A stretch of DNA of 64,000 bases from the human T2T-CHM13v2.0 reference genome, Homo sapiens, in assembly GCF_009914755.1 (NCBI RefSeq), contig NC_060926.1. One strand, written 5' to 3'. The stretch's first letter is position 1. Each line of letters begins with the position of its first letter. Shown here in pieces: positions 44,542-58,270 of this stretch. The notes under the pieces are model-generated. The model saw only the letters and a list, made by a program, of their open reading frames with translations. It did no database searches and was not told the origin of the DNA. A program made the position numbers and the translations under genes.

Positions 44542-47500
44542 ACCCTGGACTGGTGACTATGAGAGCAGGATGTGGGAAATCCGTCCCCATGATCCAGTCA
44601 CTTCCCACCAGGTCCCTCCCTCAACACTGGAGATTACAATTCAACATGATATTTGCATGCAGGCACAGAGCCAATCATGTAAACCTTGGACCAGTGACTA
44701 TGTTGCTCTTGAGCTTTGATCTGTAATTATATAGCTGGGCACACTCACTTTTGCTTATCTGCATGACAGTGAGGGAGTCATCCTGCCACATTAAAAAAAA
44801 AATCTTAGATGGTAGTGAGAACAAGGTAGTCACGTATTCCTGGACCACTTCTTTTTGCCCTCAGTGGGGCTAAAGATTAAATTTAGAAGTAGTCAAATCC
44901 AAGCACAGCTAGAGACATCATAAAGAACATTCCAGAGTCATGGAGATAGAGGTTTTTGAGTATCTGTTGAATTCCAGTGCCTGTTTTAGAACCTCCTTTC
45001 CCTTAGTGTGGTTATTTAATAATTTACTGCATCAAGTTGTAGTCTGGATCACTTAGTCGGGTGCTTTGTGCTGTCTTTTAATTGTAAGCAGGCCTGCTAA
45101 TACCATATACTATAATAGCTGTATTGCAGATGGGCTCCATTAACAATGTGAATCAATCAATGCTTAAGAGAGTCCTCTCTCCCCATGTTTATCCTTGCTT
45201 TTTATGTTTTCAGGTAAGTAGAATGCATGAAATCAACTTTAGCTCAACTCTCCAATGCATTGGTAATAAATATAATATATTGCCTTTCTATGGAACCTGA
45301 ATGGTTTTATTGAGGCACTTTCATATCTATAATCTCACATGGTCCTTGCAGCATAACTGCCAAGATGATTATTATTTCTGTGTTCTGGATGAGGAAATGC
45401 AACCAGAGAATGAGTCAAAAGCCCAAACAAGTCAGGTCAGTTTGCTAGAGGTCTTAAGAATTATTAGCGTGACCAAAACGACCAGGACTGTGGTTTATAG
45501 ACTTCCAGTCTCTTGTTTCTTTTTTCACACATCTGTGGGTTGAATAGGGAAGTTTCTGTCCTTTGTAGACAGCTTTCTTCTTGATGATAAAGACCTGTGA
45601 ACTAACTGCAGCTGAACTATATGCATGTGTACACACCTCACTTGGCCTTCCTCTATGACCAGCTGGTTTTCTCATCTTTTTTTTTCCTTCCCTAAATGAG
45701 TACTCCAGATAAATAACCTTGTTTAAACTACTAGCATTTTTAGAATATTTTGCTTATCTGCTTACCTTTCCTTCTTTAATTTTCACTTTCCTCTAGCAGT
45801 TTTTCCTTCTTTCTTGTATATGGAACAAAGTGGTTATGTTTGGTGTTTCCAAATAATATGTCAGACATTCGTACCATTCTAGAAGTAGATTTTCTTTTTG
45901 TTTTGAAAAATATTTTCTAATACAGAAGTATGCTGCTTGAAGAAGTAGGTCTTCAAAATAAACTGAATTTAATTATAACTGGTTAATATACCCTTTATTT
46001 TTTACTAATTAAGGAAATGATATACACCAAATTTAAACTTTTTGTCAGCATGTGAAATGCAGTATAGCCAGTGTTTCTACACTGACATCATATTTTGGTG
46101 CAAAGCAAGGAAATTGGCATTTTAACGATCCAGTGTAGCCATTTATTTGCAGGATAAATATGATTGTGCTGCTAGGCTGTATAGAATGTCAGAAATTCCT
46201 TTGACTTCTCTCTTCTGGAGGAAGAATGGTTGGAGGTCAAGTTTCTGGAGGTCTGACAGATCAGCTGTTACCAACTATCTGGAACTGGACAAGTTACTTA
46301 GCCCCTCTAAGCCCCAGCTTCCTTATCAATCGCACAGTGCCTGGCATACAGGAGGTACATGGGAAATGTTACCAATTAATGACTGACCAGAGGCTTAGGG
46401 AATCCAAGTTGTGAACTGCTCTTTCATGAATAATGTATTTCTTTCATTAAAAAAGAAAGGAGATTTAAGGGTAATTGTGAGACAGTTGTGGCGAGGGGTG
46501 ATTCTCAGGGTCTTTCTGGTTGTATGGCTGCAGATGAGCTTGATTGGTCTACCTCAGACGTAAGTGAACACCTAAGAAGGAGAGACTACATTGGGATGCA
46601 CATGATGTCTCAGAGGCTGCAAGCCCTGGACCACATTGAGGCAGTTGTACTGTAGGGGTGTAAAGAAGTTTTCCATAAACCTTTGCCTATAATCAGGGCA
46701 CTCTAAGTCAGGCTTGGATATTAGGCATTTTAGTGGGTTGTCAAGGTGAACCATTTGCTTCTTGGAGCTAATTGTCAGGATGGGTATGGTATGGCCCCAA
46801 ATACTCATACTATAAATAGCACACGTTCAGATGATAATTTCCCCAAGATGTATTCCAATTAGACATCCACCCACCTCCTCTCTTTTCCCCAACTCACCAA
46901 ACGAAACCAAACCTAAGAAATACTTTCATCTGCCTTTGGTAGTTTTCTGGCTTTGGAATGAAATGGAACAATTATAAAACCATGACAAATAGAATAGGAC
47001 ATAGACCTCCCAACCCAGAAGAAATTTAACAGGGTAGAAATATCAGACATAAATTCTGTTTTTATTTGGACACTAGGACAATTGAATATGTTATGACAAG
47101 GAGATAAGATTTTGGTTTTTGCGTCTTAACAGTCTTAACCAAGAAGAGTTAATACACTGATTCCCCTCTTCTTATAAATTATGGCTAAAATTATGAGAGT
47201 TAGTAAACTTGGTAATTACTGTGGACAGCCCTGTGTAATGTAATGGAGTTTCATCTCTGCAGAACGTTTAGACTGTAGTTAGAAGCATTTATCACCGTTG
47301 GGCTGCATAAGTACTGTCACTTGTTCCCTTCAGAACCAGTGTGATACTGAGATGATGCCGTCTTATTACTTTTGGCTTTGCAGTGGTTTGTTAAACAGTT
47401 TTTGGAAATGGTTAATTATTATTCTTTACCCTTCTGATTAACTATAACTATATCCTTATTTATTCTTTTATTTGGGATGTTAATCCTTTTAAGACCTACT

Positions 47501-47724
47501 AATGCATTTTAGGATTGTTACCCAAATAGTATATTTATGAATTATCTTGTCTGCCATCAGATCTTAAATTTGTTTTTCCATTTAGTTTTTCAGAGTTCTT
47601 GGACTTCCCTTATATTTTCACACCGTAATGTGTTAAACATTTATTAACTTACTTGTATGAAGCACTTGTTTGTGATGTAATCGTTTGAGAATCTTTGTTC
47701 TTTCACAGAAAGCATAATCTCTTC

Positions 47725-48200
47725 CTTGATACACAGACCTACATATCCAACTATTTAACCTATATCTCCACTTGGATGTCTTATAGGCAACTCAAGCTTA
47801 ACATACCCAAAATGGAACTCTTGATTGTACTATCATCTACCCTAGCCCGTCCCTCCCAAATCCTTCCCATCTGGTTAAATGGAACATCACCTTCCAGTTG
47901 CTTAGGCCAAAAACCTTTTGCCTTCTCTTCCTCTCAAGCATCATGCCAAGCCATCAAGTTTTGTGTTCCCTTAAAAAACTATCCAGAGATCCAGCCACTT
48001 CTTCTTTGCTGCCAACCTGGTCTAACCCACTATCTCTCACATGCACCATTAGAGTATCTTCTTCTCTTCTCCCTGATTTTGTCCCTCTCCTATCACTCTG
48101 GTTCTCCTCTGTTTCACACATATCAGGCAGAATGATCCTTTTTAAATTCTGATTGGATCATTTCACTCTTGGCTCAACCTCCAGGGATTTCCCATCTACT
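47725..48200. mobile_element. L2 fragment
   Basis: ATATCTCCACTTGGATGTCTTATAGGCAACTCAAGCTTAACATACCCAAAATGGAACTCTTGAT is typical L2 body. Confidence 0.7.
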
Positions 48201-48364
48201 CAGAATGACTTTTTTTTTTTTTTCCCACCTCCAATCATAATGTGGTCACTGAAGAAAATTAGGCTACTGTTAGTTGTTATAGTTGGTTGGCAGGAAGTGC
48301 TCTTTATGTTTGTGTATTTAAACACATGCCCTAGAAAAACTAATGAGATATAAAAAGTTGGGCG

Positions 48365-49130
48365 CTTATAATTCTATTTTTAATTTTTGGAGGAACCTCC
48401 ATAGCATTTTCCATGATGGTTGCACCATTTTATAATCTCACTGATGGTGCACAAGGGTTCCAATTCTCCACATCCTTACCAGCACTGGTTATTTTCTGTT
48501 ATTTATTTTTTAAAAAATATTAGCCACTCTAATGAGTATGAAGTGGTATCTTTGTGGTTTGGTTGCATTTCCCTAATGATTAGTGATGTTGAACATCTTT
48601 TCATGTGTTTATTGGCCATTTTTACATTTTATTTGGAGAAGTATCTTTCAATTCTTCGCTCATTTTCTAATCTAGTTGTTTGTGTTTTTTTTGGTTGTTG
48701 CTGCTGAGTTGTAGGAGTTCTTTATGTACTCTGGATATCAATCCCTTACCAGATACATGATTTACAAATATTTTCTCCCATTCTATGGGTTGGCTTTTCA
48801 TTCTGTGGATAGAGTCCTTTGATGCACAAAAGTTTTAAATTTTGATGCAGTCCGATTTATCTGTTATTTATTTTGTTGCCTGTGCATTTGGTGTTATATT
48901 CAAGAAATCATTGCCAAATCCTATGTTATGAAGGTTTTCCCCTCTGTTTCCTGCTGAGTTTAGTCACTTTAGCTCTTATGTTTAGGACTTAGGTCCATTT
49001 TGAGTTAATTTTTAAATGGTGTAGGTTAGGAACCAACTTTATTTTAATTTTTTGCATGTGGATGTCTAGTTTTCACAACACCATTTGTTGAAAAGACCAT
49101 CCTTTCCCTTGTGAATGTTTTCCCATTTGT
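48365..49130 (-). mobile_element. L1M ORF2 fragment
   Basis: TTGCATTTCCCTAATGATTAGTGATGTTGAACATCTTTTCATGTG...CAAGAAATCATTGCCAAATCC...; the minus frame gives KDGLFNKWC. Confidence 0.85.
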
Positions 49131-49164
49131 TTGTGTCTTTAATTTCTTTCATTCTTTTTCTTCT

Positions 49165-49463
49165 TCTTTTTTTTTTTTTTTTTGAGATGGAGTCTCCCTC
49201 TGTTGCCCAGGCTGGAGTGCAGTGGAGTGATCTCGGCTCACTGCAACATCGCCTCCTCGGTTTAAGTGATTCTCCTGCCTCAACCTCCTGAGTAGCTGGG
49301 ATGACAGGCCCCCACCACCACACCTGGCTAATTTTTGTATTTTTAGAAGAGATGGGGTTTCACCATGTTGGTCAGGCTGGTCTTGAACTCCTGACCTCAA
49401 GTGACCCACCTGCCTTGGCCTCCCGAAGTGCGTGATTACAGGCGTGACCCATCGCGTCTGGCT
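49165..49463 (-). mobile_element. Alu (AluS)
   Basis: Poly-T then GAGATGGAGTCTCCCTCTGTTGCCCAGGCTGG; full dimer. Confidence 0.94.
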
Positions 49464-51204
49464 TGAAGTAGTTTCCTTCTATCTGTTTTTGCATATTTTA
49501 TCTCATAAGTTTCTTTAAAAGGGAGACCAGACTATGAGTAGAATAATTGACTGGCTGTGCAATAGATAGCCAGTTTTGGGTAAGACACTTATATCTAGAT
49601 TTAAATTTCCTAATTTTAAAAATAAGGAGGTTGGATTAGATTTGGGAATCTCAAACTTTAGTGTGAGTTGGAACCACTTGGGGAAGTTGTTGAAAAGATT
49701 TTGAGTTTGTAGGTCTGTATGGGGTCTGGTGGTTTGCATTTTTATAAGTCTCAGGTGATTTTGATCTGGATGCGTTTGTTCTCTAGAATCCCTTATGGCT
49801 CTAAAATTCTTTGAAATATCCTCCAGTAAAAGGCATTTGGGTATTTATTAGAGGACATGAAATGAGGGTATGGGCCATTGAATTAGGGATTGTTTGTTAT
49901 TCCAAATCATGGTTGCATTTGTGGACAAGCTGCCTCCTGAGATTTGGGCATGTTAGATGGAGAGTAGGAATTATGAAGTGAGGACATTTATTGCTTGAAA
50001 ATGAAAAGAGTAGCTGCCTTCAGGAGTGGCTGGTGTGAGATGATTCAGGGACAAAAGAGCTTTTGCAAAATAGAAGCAGAGGAGAGGGGCTAAGGAACAG
50101 TGGTCAGCAGAGAGGCTGTTGGGGGGATCACACTGCCTCGATTTATCACTAGGAAGTCCAGAAAGTCCTGATTTGCCGCCAGGAAGTCCAGAAACAGACA
50201 GTCTCTGGTCTGGGAATTCTAAACAGGAGTGCTGGGAGCCTAGAGCAAAGGAATGTTACTGGAGGTGAAAAACTGATGACCAATTTGCATACACATGCAC
50301 ACTTACACCTGTAAAATTAGTATAAATATGTCATATAAAATTGGTGGTTACTCTGGTATATTTACTTACATGGTCTAAGAATTCAGAGTTCATAAAAATA
50401 TAATATGAAAAGTGAAAATTTCTCTCCCAGCACGCCCCAAAGGCTGTTACATTTCTGTTTTTAGTTCTCACAACGTTAAATAATTTATCTCTACCCTATT
50501 TTTAGATCCTTCAACCTAAGTACTATCTTTTGTCTGCCTGCTCTGAAAGGCAAAGACTGTATCACACTATGGTGTTCTTCCCCTTTTCGCCCTACCACTT
50601 CGATTTTTCTTCCTTACTTATTTTGAATTTGCTGTGGTCATTTTACATTTGAAAAGGACTTGGAGCAGCGGGACTTAGGGTTAGAATTCTGTGTTCAGTT
50701 GTTGTCTTCTGCCCCTGGGGAGAAAAGTAAACTTGGAGACTCAGCAAGAACAGCTGGAACCCAAGTACCCCCATTTAAGGATTTGCCGGGAGCTCCTGCT
50801 TGGCATACAAAGCCTCAGAAGGTTGATGGTGAGGGATGGAGAGACATTTTGTGAAGGAAAAATTGCATATTTCCTGCTCTGTTATTTTTTTTTAAAGTTA
50901 AGAAGGGGCCAGAGGAGGAAGAGTCTATACAGATTTTGTTGTGGTTTCATCAGGAAGCCACTGATGGGTTTTAAACAAGGAAATAACATTACCTGATTTA
51001 TATTTTAATAAGATCATTATGGCAGCTCTCTGGAAGACGGACTGGATGGGGCAAGAGTGGCTGCAGGGATACCAGTTGGGAGGGGTTTACATTTGTCCAG
51101 GCAGTGATGGTGTGGACTGCACTGGGTGATGAGCAGAGGAATTGCAGGGATGCAAGTAGATTTGGGATACATTTTGGATTATTGTAGGCTAGAAGAGGAG
51201 AGGA

Positions 51205-51663
51205 GTTATAGTAGACAGATTCCCCTAAAGATGTCCACATCCTAATCTCCAACACCTGTGAATATGTTCTCTTACATGGCAGAAGACACTTTGTAGATAT
51301 GACTAAATTGAGGCTACTGAGATGGGAGTATATCCTGGATTATCTGGGTGGGCCCAGTGTAATCACAAGGGCCCTGATACAGTCAGAGAGAAGGAGATGT
51401 AATGTTGGAAACAGAGGTTTGAGTGATGCGAGGAGGGGCCCACAAGCCAAGGAATACAGACAGCCTTTAGAAGGTGGAAAAGATTAGGAAACAGGCTCTT
51501 CCCTAGAACCTCCAGATGGAGCCAGCCCTGCCAACACCTTAACTTTAAACTTTAGACTTTGATTTTGGACTTTTGACCTCCAGAAGTGTAAGATGATAAT
51601 TTATGTTGTTTTAAGCCCTGACATCCAGGGAAATTTGTTAGGGTAGCAGCAGGAAATAATCCA
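51205..51663 (+). mobile_element. MLT1 (MLT1C/D-like) solo LTR
   Basis: AAAGATGTCCACATCCTAATC...CCTGGATTATCTGGGTGGGCCCAGTGTAATCACAAGGG...GACCTCCAGAAGTGTAAGA...GGAAATAATCCA. Confidence 0.85.
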
Positions 51664-52325
51664 GCAGTCAAAAATGACTACTATTCTTTGTCCTGGGGAA
51701 TAGTGCTGCTATGTCCCAATGTGGGGCCGAAAAGGAAGGTTTAGGAGGCTGACAGGAAACTGAGCCTGTTCAGCTCAGGAGGACTGTTGGTCATCTGTGT
51801 GCATATGTTAATGACCTCGTTGTCCCCGGGATCAGGGGCAGGTCAGGATGAGATGGAAATGTGGGAGCCTTCACCAGGTAAATGGTATGTAGAGACCTCG
51901 GGGTTTCACCCATGGAGAGACTGTATTACGTGAATTGTGGAAAAACAGCTTAGTAATTTCTTTCAGAGGCTACATAGAGACCTATTCCCTCTCATTGCTT
52001 GCTGTCTAAATTATAGTTGTTTTCTTTTGAGTCATCAAATGACATTTCAAAAGACAATATGAAGCTGCCACTTTGGGAGAAAGAAAGCAATATTAAGCAG
52101 CTTTTTCGAAGATCAAATTTCTGGACTCTGTAGATAGTTGCAATATTTCTTCTGTTATTATTTTTTGAAGGATACATATGAGCTCATTTGACAGATTTAA
52201 ACCTGTAGTTTAATTTGGGGGGAAGGCTTGTATGGCTATATATTTTTAAAAATCTAGTTCTTTTCAGTTGGATTATATTTAACTGTTGAAAGAACGAAAC
52301 TTCCCATTTTTGTTTGCATCAGTTA

Positions 52326-52710
<385 letters not shown>

Positions 52711-52779
52711 AAAGTTGAATTTTGTGTTGAGGCAACACATCTAGAGGAAGCTATACATACATCTTCTGTACATAGAGAG

Positions 52780-53007
52780 TAGGGGTTCTCAACCAGTTTG
52801 CTCCCCGCTGCCAACACTCCCCCATAGGACATTTGGCAGTGTCTGGAGATATTTTTGGTTGTCAGAACTGGGCGGGGGAGGCTACTGGAATCTAGTGGGT
52901 GGAGGCTAGTGATGCTGCCAAATGTACCACAGGGCACAGGACAGTCCCCTAAAATCAAAGAAGTATCTAGCCTAACAGGTCAATAGTGCTGAGGTAGAGA
53001 AACCCTG
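52780..53007 (+). mobile_element. MER20 hAT MITE
   Basis: GGTTCTCAACC...GGACATTTGGCAGTGTCTGGAGATATTTTTGGTTGTCA...GTCAATAGTGCTGAGGTAGAGAAACCCTG. Confidence 0.85.
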
Positions 53008-53144
53008 CAGTAGAACTTGTAAACTTATCAGTTAGGAATATGGCAACTGTTATCTTTCTGTCACTCAGCACTGTTTCCTACATTGCATCTAGTTGCTCAG
53101 TGAACCAGCCAGCTTAGTTTTTTTCTGCCCTAAGTACTACAACA

Positions 53145-53442
53145 TTTTCTTTCTTTGTTTTTCTTAGAGATGGGTTTTTGCTCTTTTACTCAGGCTGGAG
53201 TGCAGTGGTGTGATCGTTGCTCGCCGTAGCCTCAAACTTTTGGGCTTAAGCAATCCTCAGCCTCTTGCGTAGCTAGGACTGTAGGCTCACACCACCATGC
53301 CTGGCTATTTTTTTCTACTGTTTGTACAGAAAAGGTCTTACTGCGTTGACCAGCCTGGCCTCAAACTCCTTGCCTTAATTCATCCTCTGGCCTCAGCCTC
53401 CCGAAGAATTGAGATTACAGGTGTGAGCCACTGCATCTGGCC
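53145..53442 (-). mobile_element. AluJ-like element
   Basis: Diverged dimer with J-type GCCTCAAAC...GGGCTTAAGCAATCCTC. Confidence 0.88.
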
Positions 53443-54773
53443 TACGTTCTTGCAGATTCTATAATTTTTATTTTGTGGGAAATTGGCTAATTTAGTATTC
53501 ACTGGAATAGGAAGCAGAAAAAAAAGAGTTTGCTTGAAGTCTTCATTTAAATGGATTATAAAATTTTCTTTTTGCCAAGATAAAAGTGTTAAATTTATTA
53601 TAGTCCTCTACTTTTGGAAAAAAATTAATGTACTGTAAGTAGCTTTTATTTTGAGCTCTTAATCAAGTATTAATAGCATTATGTTTTCTCTAATTATGGC
53701 TAATTAAATATTGCCCAGATATAGTTATTTGCTTATTTCAGGTAATTAAAAACATCATCTGAAATAACCGTAATTGAAATAATATAAAATTGTAAAAATT
53801 GCTCTGTTTGTTTTTTATTCTTTGGCACTATTACAAAATTTTGAAGCACTGTGAATTTTTTTAAAAATTCAAGAAAAGTCTTCTTGCTGTCATTTGGTGA
53901 CTTAAGTAGCAGCTCGGAGAACAGATGTAGGAATGAAGTGATTTATATAATGCTTCAGAATCTTTTTGTTCCTGAATTTCACAATATAAACTTTAATTAT
54001 GAAATTGGTAAGAGATTTTGAGAAACCTACATTATTTAGTAGGATGTGGGATATATCTTAATTTCTGTGACTTAAAATGAGGTCTCTAAGATGGGAGATA
54101 TAGTTAGTAAATAAAAATAAATAAGTTTATGCCTTTAAAAATTCCTAAAATGAGATATTGTATATGACAATGTATATGATGATGTATGCCTAAAAGTAGT
54201 GACATGTTTGAAATATTAGAAGCAGTAGAGATATCATGACTTCCAGAACATGGAAGTGAACTTTCGGAAAATCAAAGATAAACATTATGTTGTTTCTTAG
54301 GAATGTTTAATATATATACATTCATGCATGTGATCCATGTGGTTTGTTAGAGAGCTGTGTCTTCATTTGCTGATCATTCTTTTGAAATTTTAACATGTAT
54401 GTGCAAGACATAAGAAAGTGATGCTCTTGGACTTGAATTCTTTTTGGGAAGTTTATAGTGCATAATATCTCTTGGTTTTCAAAGTGACACTGTCCTAATT
54501 AAAAATGTTGATTTTAAAACCCGATTAGTATGTTGCTTTACAATTGACTTCTATAATTTTTTCTCTGTTATCTTAGGTTTCTCATTTAAACTCTAGCTCT
54601 ATCAGACAGTAAGTTATCCACAGAATTATATACCCTCCTTTATTCATTTACTAGGATTTTTTTATCCCTAATATGCCCTTATTTACTCATTCATATGTCT
54701 CTCATTTACTCACTTGTCCATTACTACGAAATTTATTCACTCAGTAAACATTAAAGGATATATCTTTAATTAG

Positions 54774-57260
54774 TGTATTAGTCTGTTCTCAAATCGCTAT
54801 AAAGAAATACCTGAGACTGGGTAATGTGTAAAGAAGAGGTTTAATTGGCTTATGGCTCTCCACACTTTTAAACAACTAAATCTCATGACAGCTCACTACT
54901 GCGATGCCAGCTCCAAGGGGGATGGCTCTGCAGGCTATACAGGAGGCATGGCAGCATCTGCTTCTGGGGAGGCCTCAGGAAACTTTTACTCATGGTGGAA
55001 GGCAAAGTGGGAGCAAGGTGTCTTACATGGCAGGAGTAGGACCGAGATGGGGGGAAAGTGTGACACACTCTTAAACAACCAGCTCTCATGAGAACTCACT
55101 GTTGTAACAACAACTCCAGTGGGAATATTGTTAAACCATGGAAAACCGCTTGCGTGATCAAATCACCTCCCAACAGTCCACACCTCCAACACTGGGTATT
55201 ATAAATGAACATGAGATTTGGGTGGGGACACAGATCCAAATCATAAAATTCCACCCTGGCCCCTCCCAAATCTCGTGTCCTTTTCATATTGCAAAATCCA
55301 GTCATGCCTTCTGAACAGTCCCCCAGAATCTTAACTCATTCCAGCATTAACTCAGAAGTCCAAAGTCTTTTCTGAGATAACGCTAGTCCCTTCTGCCTAT
55401 GCACCTATAAAATCAAAACCAAGATAGTTACTTCCAAATTACAATAGAGGTACAGGCATTTGGTAAATACTCCCATTCCAAAAGGGAGAAATCAGCGAAA
55501 AGAAAGGGGCTTATAGGCCCCATGCAAGTCTGAAACCCACCTGAGCAGTCATTAAACCTTAAAGTTACAAAATAATCTTTGACTGCATGTCTCCCATCCA
55601 GGGCACACTGTTGTGAGGTGTGGCTCCCAAGGCCTTGGCAGCCCTGCCCCTGTGGCTTTGCAGAGTTCAGCCCCCAAGGCTGCTCTTAAGGGCTGGCATT
55701 GAGTGCCTGTGGCTTTTACAGGCACAGGGTGCAAGCTGCTGGTGGATGTACCATTTTGAGGTCTTCAGGATGGTGACCCCTTCTCACAGCTCAACTAGGC
55801 AGTACCCCAGTGGGGACTCTGTGTGGGGGCTCAACCTGACATTTCCCCTCTGCACTTCCCTACTAGAGGTTCTCCATGAGGGCTCCGCCCCTGAAGCAGG
55901 CTTCTGCTTGCACATCCAGGCTTTTCCATATATCCCCTTGAAGTCCAGGCAGAGGTTCCCAAGCCTCAACTCTTATATTCTGTGCACCGGCAGGCTTAAT
56001 GCTACATGGAAGCTGCCAAGTTTCATGGCTTGCACCCTCTGAAGCAGCAGCCTGAGCTGTACCTGGGCCTCTTTTAACCATGACTGGCCGGAGCTAGAGT
56101 GCCTGGGAAGCAGGGAGCAGTGTCCTGAGGCAGACTGCAGTGCCCTGGGCTTGGCCAGTGAAACAATTCAATTCTTCCCTCCTAGGCCTCTGGGCCTGTG
56201 ATGGTCTGCTGTGAGAGTCTCTAAAATGCCTTGAAGGCTTTTTTCCCATTGTCTTGGCTATCAGCACTTGACTCCTTTTTCCTTATGCAAATTTCTGCAA
56301 TCCCCTTGAATTTTTCTCCTGAAAATGGGCTTTTCGTTTTTCACCACATGGCCAGGCTGCAAATTTTCCAAACTTTTATGTTCTGCCTCCCTTTTAAACA
56401 TAAGTTCTAGTTTCAGTTCATTTCTTGACTCATGCATATGAGCATAAGTTGTTTGAAGCAGCCACATCTTGAACACCACTGCTTAGAAATTTCTTCTACT
56501 AGATATCCTAAATCATCTCTCTCAAGTTCAAAGTTCCATGGATCCCCAAGGCAGGGGCACAGTCCAGCCAAAGTATAATAAAAGTGACCTTTGCTATAGT
56601 TCCCAATAAGTTCCTCTTCTCCATCTGAGACCTCATCAGGCTGGCCATCTCTGTTCATGTCACTATGAGCACTTTGGTCATAACCATTCAACTAGTCTCT
56701 AGGAAGTTCCAAATGTTCCCCCATCTTCTGTCTTCTTCTGAGCCCTCCAAACTCTTCCAGCCTCTGCCTGTTACCCAGTTCCATGGCTGCTTCCACATTT
56801 TCAGGTATCTTTATAGCAATACCTCACTCTTGGTACCAATTTTCTGTATTAGTCCATTCTCACATTGCAATAAAAAAATACCTGAGACTGTTAATTGATA
56901 AAGAAAAGAGGTTTAATTGGCTCATGGTTCTGTAGGCTGTACAGGAACCATGACAGCATCTGCTTCTGGGGAAGCCTCAGGGAGCTTTTACCCGTGGTGG
57001 AAAGCAAAGTGGGAGCAGTCATTCACATGGCCAGAACAGGAGGAAGAGAGATGGGACGAGGTGCCACACACTTTTAAACAACCAAATCTCATGACAACTC
57101 ACTACTGCGATGACAGCTCCAAGGGGGATGGTGTTAAAACCATGAGAAACCGTCCTCTTGATCAAATCCTCATGATCACCTCCTACTAGACCCCACCTCC
57201 AACATTGGGGATTACAATTGAACATGAGATTTGGGTGGGGTACAGGTCCAAACCATACCA
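54774..57260 (-). mobile_element. Second MST-family MaLR provirus (LTR ~54774-55248, internal, LTR ~56845-57260)
   Basis: Both LTRs start TGTATTAGTC..TTCTC; both contain GCAGCATCTGCTTCTGGGGA (MSTB-like); internal region homologous to 42575-44158. Confidence 0.92.
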
Positions 57261-57274
57261 TAGTTTAAAGGATT

Positions 57275-58270
57275 TATTCTTTATATCTAACTGCCTATTC
57301 ACAACTCCACTTGGGTATGTAATGTGCATATCAAACTTAGATTCAGAGTCCTGAATTCCTACCACCACCTCCTTCTCCTGCAATTTTCCCCATCTTAATA
57401 AATTGCTTGCTCCTTTTGGTTACTCAGGCCAGACATTTTAGAGTTTTCTTGTCTCCTCTATTTCATTATAATCCATGTCTACTCTGTAAGTGAGTCCTAT
57501 TGACTTTGCCTTCACTATCTTCCCAGAATCTGACCAAGTCTCATCAACTCTATTGTTATTTCCCAAGTCAAACCCCTATCACCTCCTACCTGGATTATTT
57601 TGCAAAAGTCTCTTAAGGCTACTCTGCTTCTCCCTTGCCCTCTGACCACTTTAGTGCATAGTCCGCACAATAGCTTCCAGTGAATTTTAAAAAATGGAAA
57701 CCTGATCATATCATTCCTCACTCAAAATTCTCAGCAAATTACTATTTCATTCAGAATAAAAGGCAGAGTTCATACAGTGGCCCACAAGGTGCTACACAAT
57801 TGACGCCTCATTGGTTCTGTGACTATTGCCTGCACAACTCCTCTAGTCTCCCTCCACTTGACCCACACTGGCCTTTTTATTGCTATTCTTTGAATACACC
57901 AAGTGTGCCCCTGCCTCGGGGCTTCTACAACTAGCTGTTCCCTCTGTCTGGGATTCTCTTTCCTTAGGTATTTACATGACTTGCACCTTCACCTAGTCTT
58001 TGCTCAAATATCAGCTTTTCAAAGACTCCTTCTTTGACCATCCTATTTAAAACTATCACCTCTTTCTTCTAAAAACTCCCTAACTTATTTTGACTCTTGT
58101 CTACTTTAATCTTTTTACCTATATCACTCATCACTATCTAACTTACTTTATATTGTTGGTTGTATTAGCCATCCCCCACAAAACACACACCCTAAAATGT
58201 AAACCCTGGAAGGCCAGGGCTTCTGCTTGAAATGTGGTAGACACACGTGATTATTTGCTTAATGAGTAAA
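57275..58270. mobile_element. L2 element
   Basis: L2-like body (CTCCACTTGGGTATGT..., GCTGTTCCCTCTGTCTGG...) ending with TATTTGCTTAATGAGTAAATGA. Confidence 0.7.
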
